Assembly: GCA_050575255.1 (NCBI GenBank)
Contig: JBNZDD010013721.1
Location: 4,438,546 to 4,502,545 of the forward strand
Source: Harriotta raleighana
Lineage: Eukaryota
Reading direction: 5' to 3'
DNA length: 64,000 nt
A model generated the notes under the pieces. The model did no database searches, was not told the origin of the DNA, and worked only from the letters and a program-made list of their open reading frames with translations. Positions 38,359-49,989 of this stretch are shown piece by piece. Numbering within the stretch: position 1 is the stretch's first letter; every line of letters starts with the position of its first letter. A program made the translations under genes and the position numbers.

Positions 38359-41300
38359 TAATCTGTTAAGTGCTTTGAGACTACTCAGCAACTACTCTCC
38401 TCTTTCATGAAGAGAGGAGATCTGATGGTGGTGTTCAAAACAAGTGGGTCTTGATGGGAGTAAATGGAGAGAAACTATAGCAGATACATGATGACATCAA
38501 TTCAAGATCACCTCCAAAATGACAACGGGGAAGTTAGCAGAATTTTCCTTACGCACAGGACATGACATACCTCCAAACAGTGGTTGAAGCATAAGATCTT
38601 TTAAGAAAGGAACTGGATGAACATTTGACAGTACAATTGGAGGAAATGACAGAGGAATGGTATTTAACTGATTGCTTTTCCAGAGAACATACAAGCACAA
38701 TGCGCTGATTGGCCCCATTCGGTGCTGCAAAATTCTATGTTTCCATGTCCCTAAAGGTTAATATATTGCCAGTCAGGGAACATATACAGAATGGTCCGAT
38801 TTTCAGATAACCAAACAGGATCTGGAGCCCGGACCAAGATCTGATTTCATGCTGCCTTTAGCAGCCTCACATGTAAACCAGTTCATTAAAACCCAATACA
38901 AAAGCTGTCAATTTGCAGCAGAGCCTGTACAGTATAATGTTCGGGCTGTCAGATAGAGTACATCAATGTAATCCCTCTCCCCGAGCTCTCCAGGCACTCG
39001 ATCAGGAACTAGACTCTCTGGGGTTCAGACGGGTTAAGGAAACCACGGTGCTTCCTAATAGCACCAACTCCCTCCAGACTCATCAGGGGGTGAAAGTGAA
39101 AGCTCCAGCCTCAAGTAGAGCCGGCCAGTGAATTAAAAGACAATACATCAGTCAAACGTAAATGATTCACTGCAAGGAGGAGCGAGAAGCTCAGGGTAAA
39201 CATGGGAAGAGAGGGAGGGAAGCAGAAGGGTAAAATTACACTAACCGTGGGTTAAAGATGAGTGGAGAGACAAACATTTCCAGCACAGGAGGAGGCCATT
39301 CAATCCATTGTGTCTGTTCCACCACCACCTCTGGGCATTTTAAAATCATCTGTTTATTAATTCCACTATCCAGCTCCATTCACATTTTTAAATGTGATGC
39401 TGCTGTGCGCAATTGGCTGCCGATTTTGCCCAAAAAACATACAATCAATTCACTTTGCAGTATATTCTGTGAAGTACTCTCAGACGTCTCAAAGGTATAA
39501 GGAAGGCACTGTTATCAAATGCAAGGATCATTATTATAAATATCTTTATTTCTGGTTCTTATCTAGTTCCCTTTTGAAAGATCTAGAGTCTGGACAAGGA
39601 CTGTATGCACCGAGTCCCTACAGTAGGTCATTATACCTAATCACAATCATTAACGTAACAAAGGCTCACTCCAATTCACAAGGCAGAAAAGATATTACTG
39701 CTAAACACCACACAGAAAACCCATCAGCACATCATTGCCAGGAAGCAGACAGAGAGGAACAACCCACAATTGAACAACACTTTAATTCAGCTCCTCGAGC
39801 ATTAGGTTCACACCTCAGCTTTCAGAATGCTTTTCCTTTCATACCATAATTCCCTAGAGTCGATTCAGACAATTGATTAGGTCTTTTCTGTTTAAATTCT
39901 TAGTGGACCAGACCATTCGTTCTAATGTTGTTCTATACCACAGAAGCAGGAGGCCATTCAGCTTCTCAAGCCTGTTCCACTATTCTATAAGATCAGCTCA
40001 ATTCCAATTACCTGTCCTTGCTCTGTATCTTTTGATACCCCGAGCTAACAAATATACCTGGTTTCTCGCAGACGCCTTGGATTTGGGGTGGAAGGGGAGC
40101 AAAAGGAGGAAATTTGGGCTAATTGTGTAATTAGTGTAATCCAGAAATTGATTAAATGTTTTTTAATACACTTCTGTATACGTGTGTGGAGGGGGGGGCG
40201 AAAGACAGATTGTCACTGATTCAAATTTTACATAGTATAAGTGGTTTAGTCACACAGCACTTCACATTGGAGAAAGTCTGAAGCCAATTTACAGAATGAA
40301 TTGGGGGCAGGCAGTAGAGAAAGGAAGAAAGAAGTGGCCAAGAAGTAGGTCTTCGGGCAGGATTGAATAGAGAGGTATTTCAGGAGATTTCTAGTCATAA
40401 GGGAGAAAAGTGGCAATCCCAAACTCAGGTAGCCTCCCAACCTGACTCATTACTCGGCTATGCATTAGGATTTCTCAAATGCATTTCAAGTTGCATTAGA
40501 ACCTGAGTTCCAGCTGCGTAATGCCTTTACACACCTGGGACTCAGGTTCAAATGCAGCATGAAATGTGTTTGAGAAGTCCCGATGCACATCTCGGTAATG
40601 TACTCTCCTGAGGTCAGTGCACCACAGAAGTGGTTGTGCTACATCTCAACCTGGACTTTATAACATGGGTGCTGTGATCGTCTTACTGATCCCCAATACT
40701 CTCTATAATGCCAACAGCTCAGCAAAGCACGTATCATTATGGGTTGCCAGTGTTCTCTCAACTGAAGACTCTTTCATTCCGTGACTGACTGACACTATCC
40801 AGTATGTCTCACCAGTGACCACTATTGATTCATGAGCGAGAGATGACAGACTATTCAATTGTTTGGACATCAGAAAAGGAGCGAAAAACATTCACTCACA
40901 AAATAGTCATTGCACTTTACAGTAAACCCTGTGAAGCGCATTGAAAATTACTTGAAAGGCAAATTCAAGGATTATTAATATATTTTTAAAATTCACATAC
41001 AACATCTCCCATTGACAGCGTAAAATTGTGATGTTTCCATAGCTGGACAGGCTGCCCATCGCATAATAACATTTCCCATAAGGATGACAGCAACTGGAGG
41101 TTCCCAAATGTCCCAGTCAATATATAACCTGCATCTGTATAATGCCCTGCATATAGGATACCACTTTGGAGCATTCGCCACCTGAAATACCTTCAGCAGA
41201 GGAAGAACCCAGCAAAGGACAAAGAACTGTTTTTGTATAACAGAATATTTTAACTTGGTTAGCAAATCGTTAACAAAAGGGCACAAATTTTAGATAAATC

Positions 41301-41890
41301 ATTAAAGGAATTAAGAGAGGTTGGGAAGAAATCTTTACCTAGAGGGTGGTCAAATTCTGAAATTCTCTGCCACAAACTATAGTTAGACAGAATCCATTAA
41401 CGCTCTTGAAAGGGCACAAGGACAATAATGTGTACATTTCATACAGCACATACAACATTGTAACACGAGTGTGACAATGGCTGAGCAGCCATTTCTGCGC
41501 TGTGACATTTGAGGATCTTCCGATCAGCTGTTCAAAGCTTTTCGTCTCCACATATTGACCATCCCTTTGACAAATAGTCACAACAGTACCTATCAGTCAT
41601 TACCAGGGTTCATTATCGCAAGTTCACACTCACCAGGACCGACTTGTCTCCAATGATAAGTCAATGAACCAACCATGTCTAAGGCACATTGCTGAGATCA
41701 GTATACATCAGCAAATATACTGGAAACCAGTAGCCCCTGCACAAATTGTCAGTCACTAAATAAATTACGTAAAATAATTGCATTTACAGGCAACACATAA
41801 TGTTAAATCATACATGTAATAATAACTGTTCTATATGATTGACAGCAAAAGGGTTAAAGATTCCCTCCAATGTTCTAATAGATAAATTAC

Positions 41891-41987
41891 GTGTGTGTGT
41901 GTGCTGGCCGTTAGGTTTAAACTCGTTGCTTTTTAAAGTCGAGTTTTTTACCTCCCGTCGAATCAGTGCTGCGATTGCGAAGTTAAG
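41891..41987 (-). mobile_element. Isolated internal fragment of the same MITE family
   Basis: GTGTGCTGGCCGTTAGGTTTAAACTCGTTGCTTTTTAAAGTCGAG...GCGAAGTTAAG closely matches 42765-42853; no TIRs. Confidence 0.75.
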
Positions 41988-42233
41988 ATGTGCAGTACTG
42001 GATCCATATAGTGCAGACGAGGAGGTCAAAGGCTCGAACTCCAGGTTGCACTATTCTCAACTAGGGCAGCCGTTGGGGCTCCAATTTGCCCCAGCCTTGG
42101 GAGAAAACAAAGAAGCAAAAATCGTCCGGGATCCCTGCTCCTCCTACACATTCCAAACTAATTGTGAATTGAATAAAAGCTTCTACCACAAGATATTGTG
42201 TTATCATCCCGTTGAAACATTTAAAAGTACATA

Positions 42234-43047
42234 CAGTAGAACCCCGTTTATCCGTGACTCGAACAATCGGAAAACCCATTCAACCGCCATCTCAAAATAA
42301 AGTCCCGATCCGATTAACCAGAAGTTATCCGGAGACGTGTTTAATGTCGGGTCTAAACTCGTTCCGGGTCCTTTTAAAAGTTGCGTTTTTTTACCTCGTT
42401 CAGATGTGCCTGTCGTTGGGAAGTTAAGTACTGTATACATAATAAATACTCCTGCAGGTAGCGGCCAGAGAGAGGGAGAAAGGGAGCTGGGGTGGGGGGG
42501 GAAATAAAGAGAGAGGGAATGGGGAGGGGGATGGAGAGACAAAGAAGGAGAGAGTGGGGGGGGAAATGTGAGAGGGGGGAAGGGGGAGAGAGAGAGAGAG
42601 AGAGAAAGAGGGGAAAGCATAATGGAGTGAGAGAGAGAAAAATGGCAGGCAGGTTGATGCCAGAGAGAGGGAGGGAGAGGAAAGGGACGGGGGCGCAGGA
42701 ATTATGGACAGAATTTATATGATGGATTCAGATTGAATATCTTTGAGTCTGTGTCTGTCTGCGTGTGTGCTGGCCATTAGGTCTAAACTCGTTGCTTTTC
42801 AAAGTCGAGTTTTTTACCTTCTGTTGAATCAGTGCTGTAATTGCGAAGTTAAGTATAAATAATAATGTACAAATAGAATATTCTGTTACTATTTAGTCTA
42901 TTATTAATATGGTATGTGTTAAAATTATTTTTATTTTTAAAAAAAATTATATTAAATTTTTTAAATATATAAATCCGTTCAACTGGAAAAACAGTTTAAC
43001 TGCCACTGGCCAGGTCCTGTGGGTGCCGGATAAACGGGGTTTTACTC
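42234..43047 (-). mobile_element. Tigger/pogo-like MITE, complete, reverse orientation, GA-rich core
   Basis: TA|CAGTAGAACCCCGTTTATCCG ... CCGGATAAACGGGGTTTTACTC. Reverse-complement homology to 19134-19845 throughout. Confidence 0.9.
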
Positions 43048-43499
43048 TCGCATGTAGTTACTGTATTTTGTAGGCCAATGCAATAGTCACTTTGCACACA
43101 GCAATGGCCCGCAAATTAGAGTATTGGCCAGAGCAGGAGGAATTCCACCCTCTTTTCAAATAATCCCATGGGATCTTTAATGTCAACCTGAACAGGCAGA
43201 CAGGACCTCACTTCAACCGTCTCATCTGAAGGACATATTTTAAAAGTTAACAGCTGCTGGAGCAGTTGGGATGGATCCAGGCAGACCACAGCATTGAAGT
43301 ACTGAACAATTTAAAGGCATTGGGATTTTGAAACGCAATCAGTGAGTTCCCAGATTCAGGCCCGTAATTTAAACAGGTGAAAGTAGCTGACGTCTGACAG
43401 CCTGTGATTCACTTGCATCTCAATCCAGAGAAGCAAGACAATAATAATCTTAAAAAGTTACAAGACCTGCGTAAACTAAATCACTTCTCAGTGACCATA

Positions 43500-43925
43500 C
43501 TTAACAACTTGGATTTATATAGTGCTCTCCACGCCAGGCCGCGTCTCTGAGCGCTTCACAATAACGGATCCCAGGACCGAGCCAGGGGGAGGGTGACCAA
43601 AAGCACGGTCGAAAACAAAGGGAAAAGAAGGGAGTTCCAGAGCCTCGGGGCATAATGGCTGAAGGCATGGCCACCGATGATGGAACGGAGGATTCAGGAG
43701 ACAAGGAAGAGGCCAGACCTGGTGGAGAGAAGGCAACTGGTGCTGTTGTGAGGAGAGAGGAAGTCAGAGAGGTGGGGGGGGCAGAGGAGTTGAGGAATTT
43801 GAAGATAAGAGTGAGGATCTTGAAATCGATCCACTCCGAGACAGGGAGCCAGTGAAGTCTGGCAAGGACTGGGGTAATCGGAGAGTGAAGTTTGGTACGG
43901 GTGAGAATACGGGCGATTCTCTTAA
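43500..43925 (-). mobile_element. L2 LINE 3' fragment
   Basis: ARILTRTKLHSPITPVLARLHWLPVSEWIDFKILTLIFK followed by the L2 3' UTR. Confidence 0.88.
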
Positions 43926-44539
43926 GGATTGCCACACTGAAAATGAAACTAAAAGCACCTTAAACAAGTCTCAACAAAAACAGTTAACATCAATATGCTT
44001 TTAGAAAAATGAATAGTTTGGGAAGAAGCATTCAAGCGAAATTGTCTAAAAACACTCCCAATATCCAAACTGGACTCTGAGCTGAAAAGGCAGGCTACTG
44101 AGGGATTTTGAACTTCCCTTGCCTCTGGAGTTCATGAGTAAAGGGGCACAGAACCTCATCTTAAAGGGAGCTTTATGGATTTCTGGCTGGAACTAGGCAG
44201 AGTGGAGGGATAGACCGGAGAGAAAGTGNAGAAAGCAAGAGTAGGTGGGAGGGTGGGAGAGAGAGACTAGAGAGTGGGGAGAAGAGAAATCAGTGAGTGA
44301 AGAGAACGCAGAGAGTAAGCGCTGCTCTGGAGTGTTGGTGCAGACACACAAGGAAGTGGAGTGAAGAGCCAGACACCAGATTAAACACACACAAGGGGTG
44401 GGTGGGGGAAGAGAGAAGAAAGAGAGGAAGCAGACAAACCGCACACACACACGACAGGGAGCCGCTTGTCTCTCCTCCCACCTCTCTCTCCAACCCCCAC
44501 CCACGACAGAGAGAGAAAAAAACAGTTTACAAGAGATCA

Positions 44540-45000
44540 AAAGTGGCGGAGGCGCTGCTGCTCCTCTCACTCTCTCACACACACACTCGCACTTGGCCGA
44601 ACTTGGCCAAGATGGTCACCTCGGCCGAGACCCCGAGCACTACTCCTGCCGGGGGTCGGGGGGGGGGGGAAGAGAATGAGGGGCGAGACGCCAATCACCT
44701 CTTCAACCATCCCCCCTCTCCACCCCTTACCCACACCCCTTCCACCGCCGCCAGGAGCAAGCAGTAACCGGGCACCGCGTCTCGGTGACAATGTCGCCGT
44801 ATTACCGAGAAAAGTCAGTCAGTGGCATCAGACGGGAACCCAGACAGTGTCTGCCCTCCGCCCCCCACACAGTCTCCGAGCCGCGCGCCAACCTGGAGGT
44901 AACGGTCGCCTCACAGACGGACAATCCCGTGCGCGCCTCGTCTCGAGCTCGCCTGGCCTCCCTCCTTCTCTCCTCTCTCCTCCTGCCCGTTAAACAGCGG
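44540..45000. promoter_or_regulatory. CpG-island-like segment at the start of intron 1
   Basis: Visibly high GC and CpG density (ccgcgcgcc, gcgcgcctcg, gggcaccgcg) against a CpG-poor background; adjacent to exon 1. Confidence 0.7.
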
Positions 45001-45012
45001 CCAACTACTTAC

Positions 45013-45124
45013 TGATCTCCATACTCTGGAACAAAGAGCGCTTGCAGTTGCACGTACAGGAGACATTGTTGGCTGGTTGCTGGCTGGTTGTGGCTGTGCT
45101 GTTCAGACCCATCAAGTTGTACAT
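45013..45124 (-). CDS. PMEPA1: PMEPA1/TMEPAI coding exon 1 (37 codons + 1 nt, phase-1 donor); rest of gene presumably left of the window
   Basis: Manual minus-strand translation from ATG at 45124 gives MYNLMGLNSTATTSQQPANNVSCTCNCKRSLFQSMEI, matching the recalled human N-terminus MHRLMGVNSTAAAAAGQPNVSCTCNCKRSLFQSMEIT. The exon ends ATC A|GTAAGT, a consensus donor at 45012-45007. Confidence 0.96.
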
Positions 45125-45470
45125 TTAACAGGAAAGAGCGAGAGGGAGTAAGAGTGAGAGAAAAAAAAACACAAAAAGGGTGTGTGGGGGGGAATATATA
45201 TATATTTTTTTAAAACAAAAAAAAAAGGAAGTTTTTCTTATCTCTTCTAAAAAAAACACCGTCGGGGCAAAACGAGGGTGGTGGGGAGGAGACTTGGCCC
45301 CTGAGGGGTCTCAGTGGGGAGAGGGCATGGTGGTGGTTGTTGTTGTTGGGTCGGAAGGAGCTCCCTGTGCTGCCGGCCAGTGCAGTGCTTGGCGACTGTC
45401 TGTGCCCCTGAAGCTCAGTCACTCACTACTCACTCACTGACTCTCACAGGAGACACAGTGACCGCGCCGC
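45125..45470 (-). other. PMEPA1: Probable PMEPA1 5' UTR (TSS not determinable, likely about 45430-45480)
   Basis: Repeat-free sequence between the start codon and the CCAAT/TALE array. It contains only one upstream ATG (45328). Confidence 0.6.
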
Positions 45471-45494
45471 GGCCAGACTCCCAAGATCGGCTCG

Positions 45495-45640
45495 CCCAGT
45501 GCTGACTGACAGCTCGCCGCACCAATCACAGCCACGCACCAACGCTGACTGACATCGCTCCGCACCAATCACAGCCATGCTCCAGCGCTGACTGACATTT
45601 CTCTACACTAATCACAGCCCCGCTCCGATGATGACGGACA
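45495..45640. promoter_or_regulatory. Proximal promoter: about 3.3 copies of a 43-bp unit, each TGACTGACA(G/T) + 9 nt + CCAATCACAGCC
   Basis: TGACTGACAG at 45503, TGACTGACAT at 45546 and 45589, TGACGGACA at 45632 (period exactly 43). CCAAT at 45522 and 45565, CTAAT at 45608. CpG-rich and directly upstream of exon 1. Confidence 0.85.
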
Positions 45641-45984
45641 CCGTCGTGAACCAAAGACTGCTGGAGGCTGGGGGGAGGAGGGACATAGCCAGGCGGGGGA
45701 GTTGGCTGGATGGAGAGTGGTAGCAGGGAGAGTAGTCAGTGGAGTGGGGGGGACATAGAGAAGGGGGGACATGGACTAGTGTAGGGGCGAGTGCAGTTGG
45801 GGAGAGTAGCCATGGGAAAGCAGTGGAGGGGAGTGTAGTCGGGAGAAAGTAGCCGGGGGGGTGGGGGAGTAGGGGGGCGGTGGCAGAGTGTAGTTGGGGA
45901 AGAGTAGTCAGGGAGAGGGGGGGCTGGGGTATCCGGTGAGGTAGGGTGTAGCCACAATAGAATACAATAAAAACAATAGAATAG

Positions 45985-46195
45985 TGATGAGGGGGAACTT
46001 CCAACTATTGGAGGGGGAAGAATTCATAAAACGTATCCAGGAGAACTTTACTGATCAGTATGTCTCCAGCCCAACGAGGAAGGAAATGGGGCTAGATCTA
46101 GTCCTGGGGAATGCAGTGGGGCAAATGGAGCGGGTATCAGTGGAAGAGCATCTGAATAAAAATGATCACAATATCATTAGGTTTTGAGTAATTAT
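45985..46195 (+). mobile_element. CR1 LINE endonuclease-region fragment
   Basis: QYVSSPTR, LDLVLGN and DHNIIRF are typical APE C-terminal motifs. Confidence 0.8.
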
Positions 46196-49100
46196 GGAAA
46201 GGACACATGTGGGTGAACGCAGGAGCCAATTTGACACAGCTTTGTCCCACAAACAGACAAGAAGTAAACGAACAATTTGATTTGACGAGGACACAGATAA
46301 ATTTCCTTTTCGAATAGCTCCATAGGACCTTTAACGTTCATCTGAATAGGCAGACAGGACCTTGCTTTCACGTTTAATCTGTTATTCAAATATAAGGATT
46401 ATTATACAATATTGGACCTGTTCACAATTAATTAGATATTACAAAGAGGGTTAATGTACTGCAGGGAAGCAGCTTTGGGCCATAGGGCTTTTGACCTGAT
46501 TTTCTATGTTTTTAGATTGCCTTTGATTTTGATGGCAGCTCATGAATATTTAGGAGTCGATATGCTGATTGTTTCAAAAATCTGAAATTTGCAGATAACA
46601 GTGGGAGGAAATATACGTACTTATATTGCATATTTGAAAAACAATGTTCAAAAAATAGTGTTTTCACTGAGATCATTGTGAAATCATATACTTCAAGAGT
46701 TTTACAAAAGATTATTCCCTAGTTGAGAAATCAGTAACTACGGTGCATAAACTCAAAACGCAAGCCTTATGGGGATGTTAGAAGATACTTTATTACAGAG
46801 AGCATTATTATGGAATGCTCTGCTCTCCAATCCTACAATTCCACCATTTGTGACCGAGTCTTCAGCCCCATATCCTTATCCACTGGAACAATCTTCAAAA
46901 CACACTTTGTCTCCCTCCTGACTTGATATTAAACTGAGGCCCTGCCAGTCTAGTCAGCTGGATGTTAAAGATCCTGTGGTACTATTCAAAAAGAGAAGGG
47001 GGATTCACTTGGTGTTCTGGTGAACAATTCCTTGAATAAAATAAATTGTTTATTCACTTCATACCTATTTTGGGATAATGTTGTGCACAATACTGCTGCA
47101 TTGACCCACAAATAAACAGTCATTGGACTTTACGTTACTGTTAAAAAAAAAGTTGAATCCTATATTCCATCCTCAATGGTTTAAAGGCCCTGATTTGCAA
47201 ATACTAGTTGATTTTTATAGGGCAGTCAATACTTTCAGCCCTACTGATAACCCTGTGTTGGTTCCTTTACACTCAATGCAGTGTCCGTGTCAAGCTGAAC
47301 AGCTTGTAATTCCCAGCCTAGCCTTCTCTTTGACATCACATTGGCACTTTTCTGTTTTCCCATGCTATCTCCCTTTCCCAGGAACAAGGGAATTGTTAGC
47401 TGGATTATCTTCCGATTCTTTATTCAGTCTGTCTGCCTCTCTCAGATGTGTCCCATCAAGGGCGATCGCTATATGAATCTTCAATTGCTAAGGTTTATTA
47501 ATAATGGTTTCCTTGCTGACCTCTATTATAAAACGCCCTGTCAAATCCCCCGACAGCTCAGTTAGTGGATTAGAGATAACCATGCAGCTCATCTGAATAC
47601 TGATAAGAGCAAGTCATTTGAAATTTAGGCTTCTATTCAGCAACTCTTTACTCTGATTGGAGAGAAGATGCATGCTCCTTTGTGATATCCCTATCAAAAT
47701 AGTTTGATTATGCTCAATTTGGCAAGTTTTGTAATGTGCCTTTCTCAGATAACAATAATGCTTGTGGTTTTCTAACATCGTTAACAACAAGAACAAGAGG
47801 TGGAGCAGGGAGCTAAGGGGAAGTGGTAGGGATGGGGTTGTGGGAAATGGTGCTTTGTTTCATGTGCATTATGGTGGTGATGAGAGAGGGGGGAGGATAG
47901 GTTTGATGGTGTGGAGGGAGGGATGCGTGGGGGCTGGTGTATGAGGGGAGATGGGGAAGGGATAGTGGTCAGAATGGCAGGTTGCAGCTAGGCAGATCCC
48001 TTCAACTTTGGTTTCAAGGAAGTTGATAATGAAGTCAAATAAAATAACAATACCTGCATTTCATATAGCAACTTATTACTTCACAATGCCTCAAAGCACT
48101 TCACAGAGTTTAAAATGCAGTGACTGTGGATTTGGTTGACAAATGCAGCAACTAATTTCTCACCGGATAGAGGAGAAGGGAAAAGGAGTCAAAATACCCT
48201 CCAAAGGATGGGAGAGGAGATAATTGTCATTGAATATTTGATATTTTCTTGTATCAATTGAAATTTCAATATCCCCTAGTTCTATCTACTCTTTCATCGC
48301 CTGCCTTTAAGTTACTCAAGCCTATGTGTTATTTTCTGCTGGATTGGCTTCCCTGTGATTAGCTGATACTGTCACATTCCCAACCCAAACTGGTTCTTCT
48401 GATAACTCCCTGCATCAGACATCTGCCCTGTTGATGAACATCAACCACGATTACTCCTAGATTCAAGTTATGGTCTCATCCACGAGCAATTTAAGAACAG
48501 ATGAGAATCATTAGACTCAATAGACTCAGATTGTGCCCTTTGATTCTGAGACCCCCGTCTACCCTCCTTTTCTCAATCTAGAAATATCTACCAGTTACGA
48601 CGTACATTTCAATACCTGAACTGGTTTGCACCGATTTAGGGCTTTATCTCAGATCTTGAATATTCTTTAAGTTTGGCCCAACTTCAATTCTTATTGCCAA
48701 CTGTAGAACAGAATAAGCAATGCCCATGTAAGGATATAATGATCCTAGGCCTGAAATTCCACCCAGTAACACCATTTTATCTCAAAATATAAGGGACAGA
48801 TATGTAGGAAAGGCTTAAGTTTATAAGTCAGTTTTCCAGAGTTCTTAAAAAATAGCAGCATACAAATTAAGAGTGAATTTAAGCGAATTTAAGAATTTAA
48901 AATTATACAACATCTTATTTAAATTCAAAAATGGCCTACAGATTGGTGGAATTTTGGTTTTCTCTATTTATGGGAGAAAGCTCAGAGGGTGACAAATAAT
49001 CCTAGAACTACCCTAATCTATTCAGCCTCCACAGCTTCCCTCCTACAACTCAGTATCTATTTTGAAATAGAAGCACAACTGCACTCAGTACTCCTACTGT

Positions 49101-49989
49101 AAGTGTGAATGAAAATGATTTAGGGTTCTAGATACACGATTGGTATATTGATCTTCAGGGAATAAGGTCACAGAGCTCTCCGATGTTCCTAGCAGCTGAT
49201 AGCAGACACATTAATGGCCAACAATACAGTACAGGATGGTGGATTACCCATTACAATACAATTTACACTTACACAGTGCCTTTCATGTCAGGAGGCCATC
49301 CCACAGTGCAGTACCTAACCCATGCGCCGTCACGCAAACAGAAAGCTTGGTGGTACATTCTGGTTTGTGCGAGACAAACAGATTGCAGTGCCTAAGATTG
49401 TGTGAATTGCTGGCTGCCCATCAAAGGTCATACAAAGTGCCATAAATTATACATTTAAAGTCTGTGTTCTGTCTATATTGAACACGTATGGTGAACTAGA
49501 GGAACAGTAAAAATAGTTGGTTTTACAGCACATCAGTAAACTGGGTGCTTTATCACTGACCACACATTTTACTGAAGCAGTCTTTGCTCCAGATGAGCTT
49601 CCTCTCAGATTTTGAATATCCTCTTTTAGGTTTTAATAATTTATTTTCCTCTTGTCCTTTAGTCATTTTCCTTCAACAGTAGTTTGATTCCATGGGGTCC
49701 CATCTGATACCTAACCTGAGTAACAATTATTGATGCACAGACCTCAAGAGTAAATTTTCAACTTATCATGCGTGTGTCTGTGTGTGTGTGTATGTGCACA
49801 TATGTGTGTATGCATGTGTCGGCATTTCAGGGTGTCCTCACTCTCTGGAAGGATCAGTGGTCAGCGATCAGGAGCCCTGTCTGATTCCCAATGCCTAATC
49901 CAGAGGCAACAACCTTTCATGTATCAGAGGAGCTGACAGAGGTCAAAGTTACACAGTCAACTACAGCAACAAACCAATATTATGATATT

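Larger units (their letters stand above)
1..45012 (-). other. PMEPA1: PMEPA1 intron 1 (>45 kb, runs off the left edge)
   Basis: GTAAGT donor at 45012. I found no sequence encoding the expected next exon (ELEFVQIIIIVVVMMVMVVVITCLL, the transmembrane segment) in 1-45012. The region is repeat-rich and non-coding. Confidence 0.8.

Noticed and set aside
44193-45015. Long overlapping ORFs (129-175 aa) near exon 1
   Set aside because: Low-complexity products of GC-rich, stop-poor CpG-island and GA/CA sequence.
45495-45640. Regular 43-bp repeats as a CRISPR-like array
   Set aside because: Eukaryotic context, whole units are homologous with no unique spacers, and there are no cas genes.
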